Shown here: positions 6,574-8,788 of the stretch, one piece after another
Layout of the letters: each line of letters opens with the position of its first letter
Numbering within the stretch: the first letter of the stretch is position 1
Assembly (NCBI GenBank): GCA_043228905.1
Contig: JBHGNT010001416.1
Coordinates: 1-8,788, forward strand
Source of the DNA: Azolla caroliniana
Lineage: Eukaryota; Plantae; Polypodiophyta
Length of the DNA: 8,788 bases
Direction: 5' to 3'
The notes under the pieces: generated by a model
Databases searched by the model: none
The model's input: only the letters and a program-made list of their open reading frames with translations
Told to the model about the DNA's origin: nothing
Made by a program: the position numbers and the translations under genes

Positions 6574-8788
6574 GCTGGAGAAGAAGAGCATGCCCAAATT
6601 CTACATCCAAAACCAGATCGGGGATGAGGCGTCAACACATGAACTGTATTTCAGGCGGAAGCCAAATTTGAGACAACTTCGGATATTTGGTAGCATAACA
6701 TATGTGCATGTACCGGATGAGAAGCGGAGGATGTTGGATCTGAAATCGGAGAATTGCATACTCGTCGGTTACTCACATGAACAAAAGGGGTATAAGTGTT
6801 ATAACGCCCAGACTAAACAGGTACGAGTAAGTCGAGATGTCGAGTTTGATGAGTCGGCATCATGGTACTCCCTACCGACTCCAACTCCCAACGAAGACCT
6901 GATTTCGGAGGATGAGGCTAGTGAACCCGGAGAGGTTCAAGAAGAAGATGAAGGATTCAGTACTCTAGATGAGAGTCCGATCGCATTCTGGCTAAGTGGA
7001 CTGAATGAGCGGCTGAGTTGGGATGACCAGTCGGATGAAGAACCAACGAGTAGTGGAGACTCTGTCGTGCTCTCCCCGCGCAAGGAACTGAGGAGATGGT
7101 TCACGTGCAAAGAGAAGGGGAAGAAGAAAATGCCGGAATACGATACCGGTAGTGAAGGGTTAGATCTGAAAGAATCTGACCCTGGAAAGGATGAAGGCGG
7201 ATCTTCAGAAAGGTAGTCCGAACTGGCCAAGAAGGGCCTCAAACTGGCTAACAAAAAGTTACTCCGCTCAATTTGCCAGAAGAACCCCATCCAGAGGTAC
7301 GGATAAAATGAGTACATGGTGCATCACTATGCGTACATGACTAAGGTGGCGGAGTGCGTGAGCCGGAGAGCTACGTAGAAGCAGCAAAAGACGCAAATTG
7401 GCGTGCTGCTATGGAGGAAGAAATGCGGGCACTTGATGCCAATGACGCATAGGACCTTGTTGACCCTCCTCGACAGTGTAAACCGACCGGTTGCAAATGG
7501 GTATATAAGGTGAAGTACAATGCAGATGGTTCGGTCAACCGGTACAAGGCCTGTTTCGTGGCGAAGGGATACGCATAGACCCACAGAATGGACTACGACA
7601 AGACCTTTGCTCCGGTAGTGACGATGATGACGGTTGTTGCTGCAGCAAGGGGATGGCATCTTCACCAAATGGACGTGAAGAATGCATTTCTTCAAGGTGA
7701 CCTTGAAGAACGGGTCTATATAATCCAACCCCCTGGATTCCAATCGGAGATGAACAAGTTGCCAGTATGCTGAGTCAAGAAGTCGATTTACGGTTTGAAG
7801 CAAGCCCCCCGAGCTTGGATTGCGAAGATCACGCATTGGTTGCGTAAGATTAGGTTTGCAACCTCAAACTCTGACTCATCACTGTTCATCCGGAAAGGTC
7901 TAGAACGTCTGGTTTGTATCCTACTATATGTTGATGATTTAGTCATCACCGGACCCAGACTAGATGAAATCGGCAAAGTGAAGTCCTAGTTGTTGGACAC
8001 ATTTGAAATGAAGGACCTGGGGGACCTTCATTATTTTCTTGGGATCGAAGTAATCTGGACACCCGATGCCATATTGCTCTCACAAAGACACTATGTGCTA
8101 AATATGTTGTACAAGTTTGGCATTACGGAATGCCGATCGATCTCCACACCCTTGGACCGGAACTTGAAGCTACATCCCAACTCCAGCCCGACCTACGATG
8201 AGACACCGTTCCGACAAATTGTCGGAAGCCTTATATACTTAACGATCACCCAACCCAACATCAGTTATCCAGTCGGGGTGATCAACTAGTTTATGCAAAA
8301 GTCGACCGTGGAGCACCTTTAGTGCACGCATCGACTATTCCGATATGTGAGCGGCACGAAGGACCGGGAACTGCTATACTGACATGGTGTAGCTGGGAAT
8401 TTGGTCGGATATACCGATGCTGACTGGGCTGGTGATGCATCGGATCGCCGATCCACCTCCGGTTACATGTTTTCTTTTGGTAGCGCGGTTGTTGCATGGA
8501 GCAGCAAAAAACAGTCAACAATGGCTGTAACGAGCACCGAGGCGCTACCATTGCCACCTGTGAAGCCATCTAGCTTCGACGACTGCTGCGAGACCTCCGA
8601 ATCGAGGTGTCGACCCCGATCCTGATTTACTATGACAATGTAAGCATCATACAGCTCGCCAAGAACCTTGTATTCCATGCTTGGACAAAGCACCTAGAAA
8701 TGCATTATCACTTTGTTCGTGAGCCGGTTCTGAGCGGTGAAGTTGAACTTCAGTATGTTCACACGGATCGATAGGTTGCCGACATCTT
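6574..8788 (+). mobile_element. Ty1/copia copy B, 3' part: integrase C-terminus, reverse transcriptase and RNase H; pseudogenised and running off the window end
   Basis: Motifs: CILVGYS..KGYKCY..VSRDVEFDE; CKWVYKVK; DYDKTFAPV; HQMDVKNAFLQGDL; YGLKQAPRAW; LLYVDDLVITG (YVDD 7927-7938); MKDLGDLHYFLGIEV; YTDADWAGD; YYDN..IIQLAKN..FHAWTKHLE.HYHFVRE. Domain order INT-RT-RH is copia. Many stops and small deletions. Confidence 0.96.

Noticed and set aside
6937-7836. Minus-strand ORFs of 126 and 169 aa
   Set aside because: Antisense to the copia linker and RT; no independent motif.

Overview
Plant genomic DNA made entirely of nested, decayed LTR-retrotransposon sequence, with no intact host gene. The backbone is two related, pseudogenised Ty1/copia copies on the + strand. 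Copy A covers 1-~1574 (integrase region) and probably 2191-~2580 (end of RT, start of RNase H); a truncated minus-strand LTR of another element (~1575-2190) sits where most of its RT should be. Copy B is fused directly behind it and runs from the gag zinc knuckle through protease, integrase, RT and RNase H (~2581-3862 and 6574-8788). Inserted in copy B's integrase is a structurally complete 2,706-bp non-autonomous LTR element (3863-6568) with 347-bp LTRs (17 mismatches by manual count) and a 5-bp TSD GCAAT. It has no gag/pol. It carries captured host-gene fragments: a clear cytosolic HSP70 5' end and a probable kinesin-5 N-terminal piece. It lacks a polypurine tract and has tRNA-primer-like TGGCAC sites at both inner LTR boundaries in opposite orientations. 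All calls come from manual reading and remembered family motifs; no searches were run.
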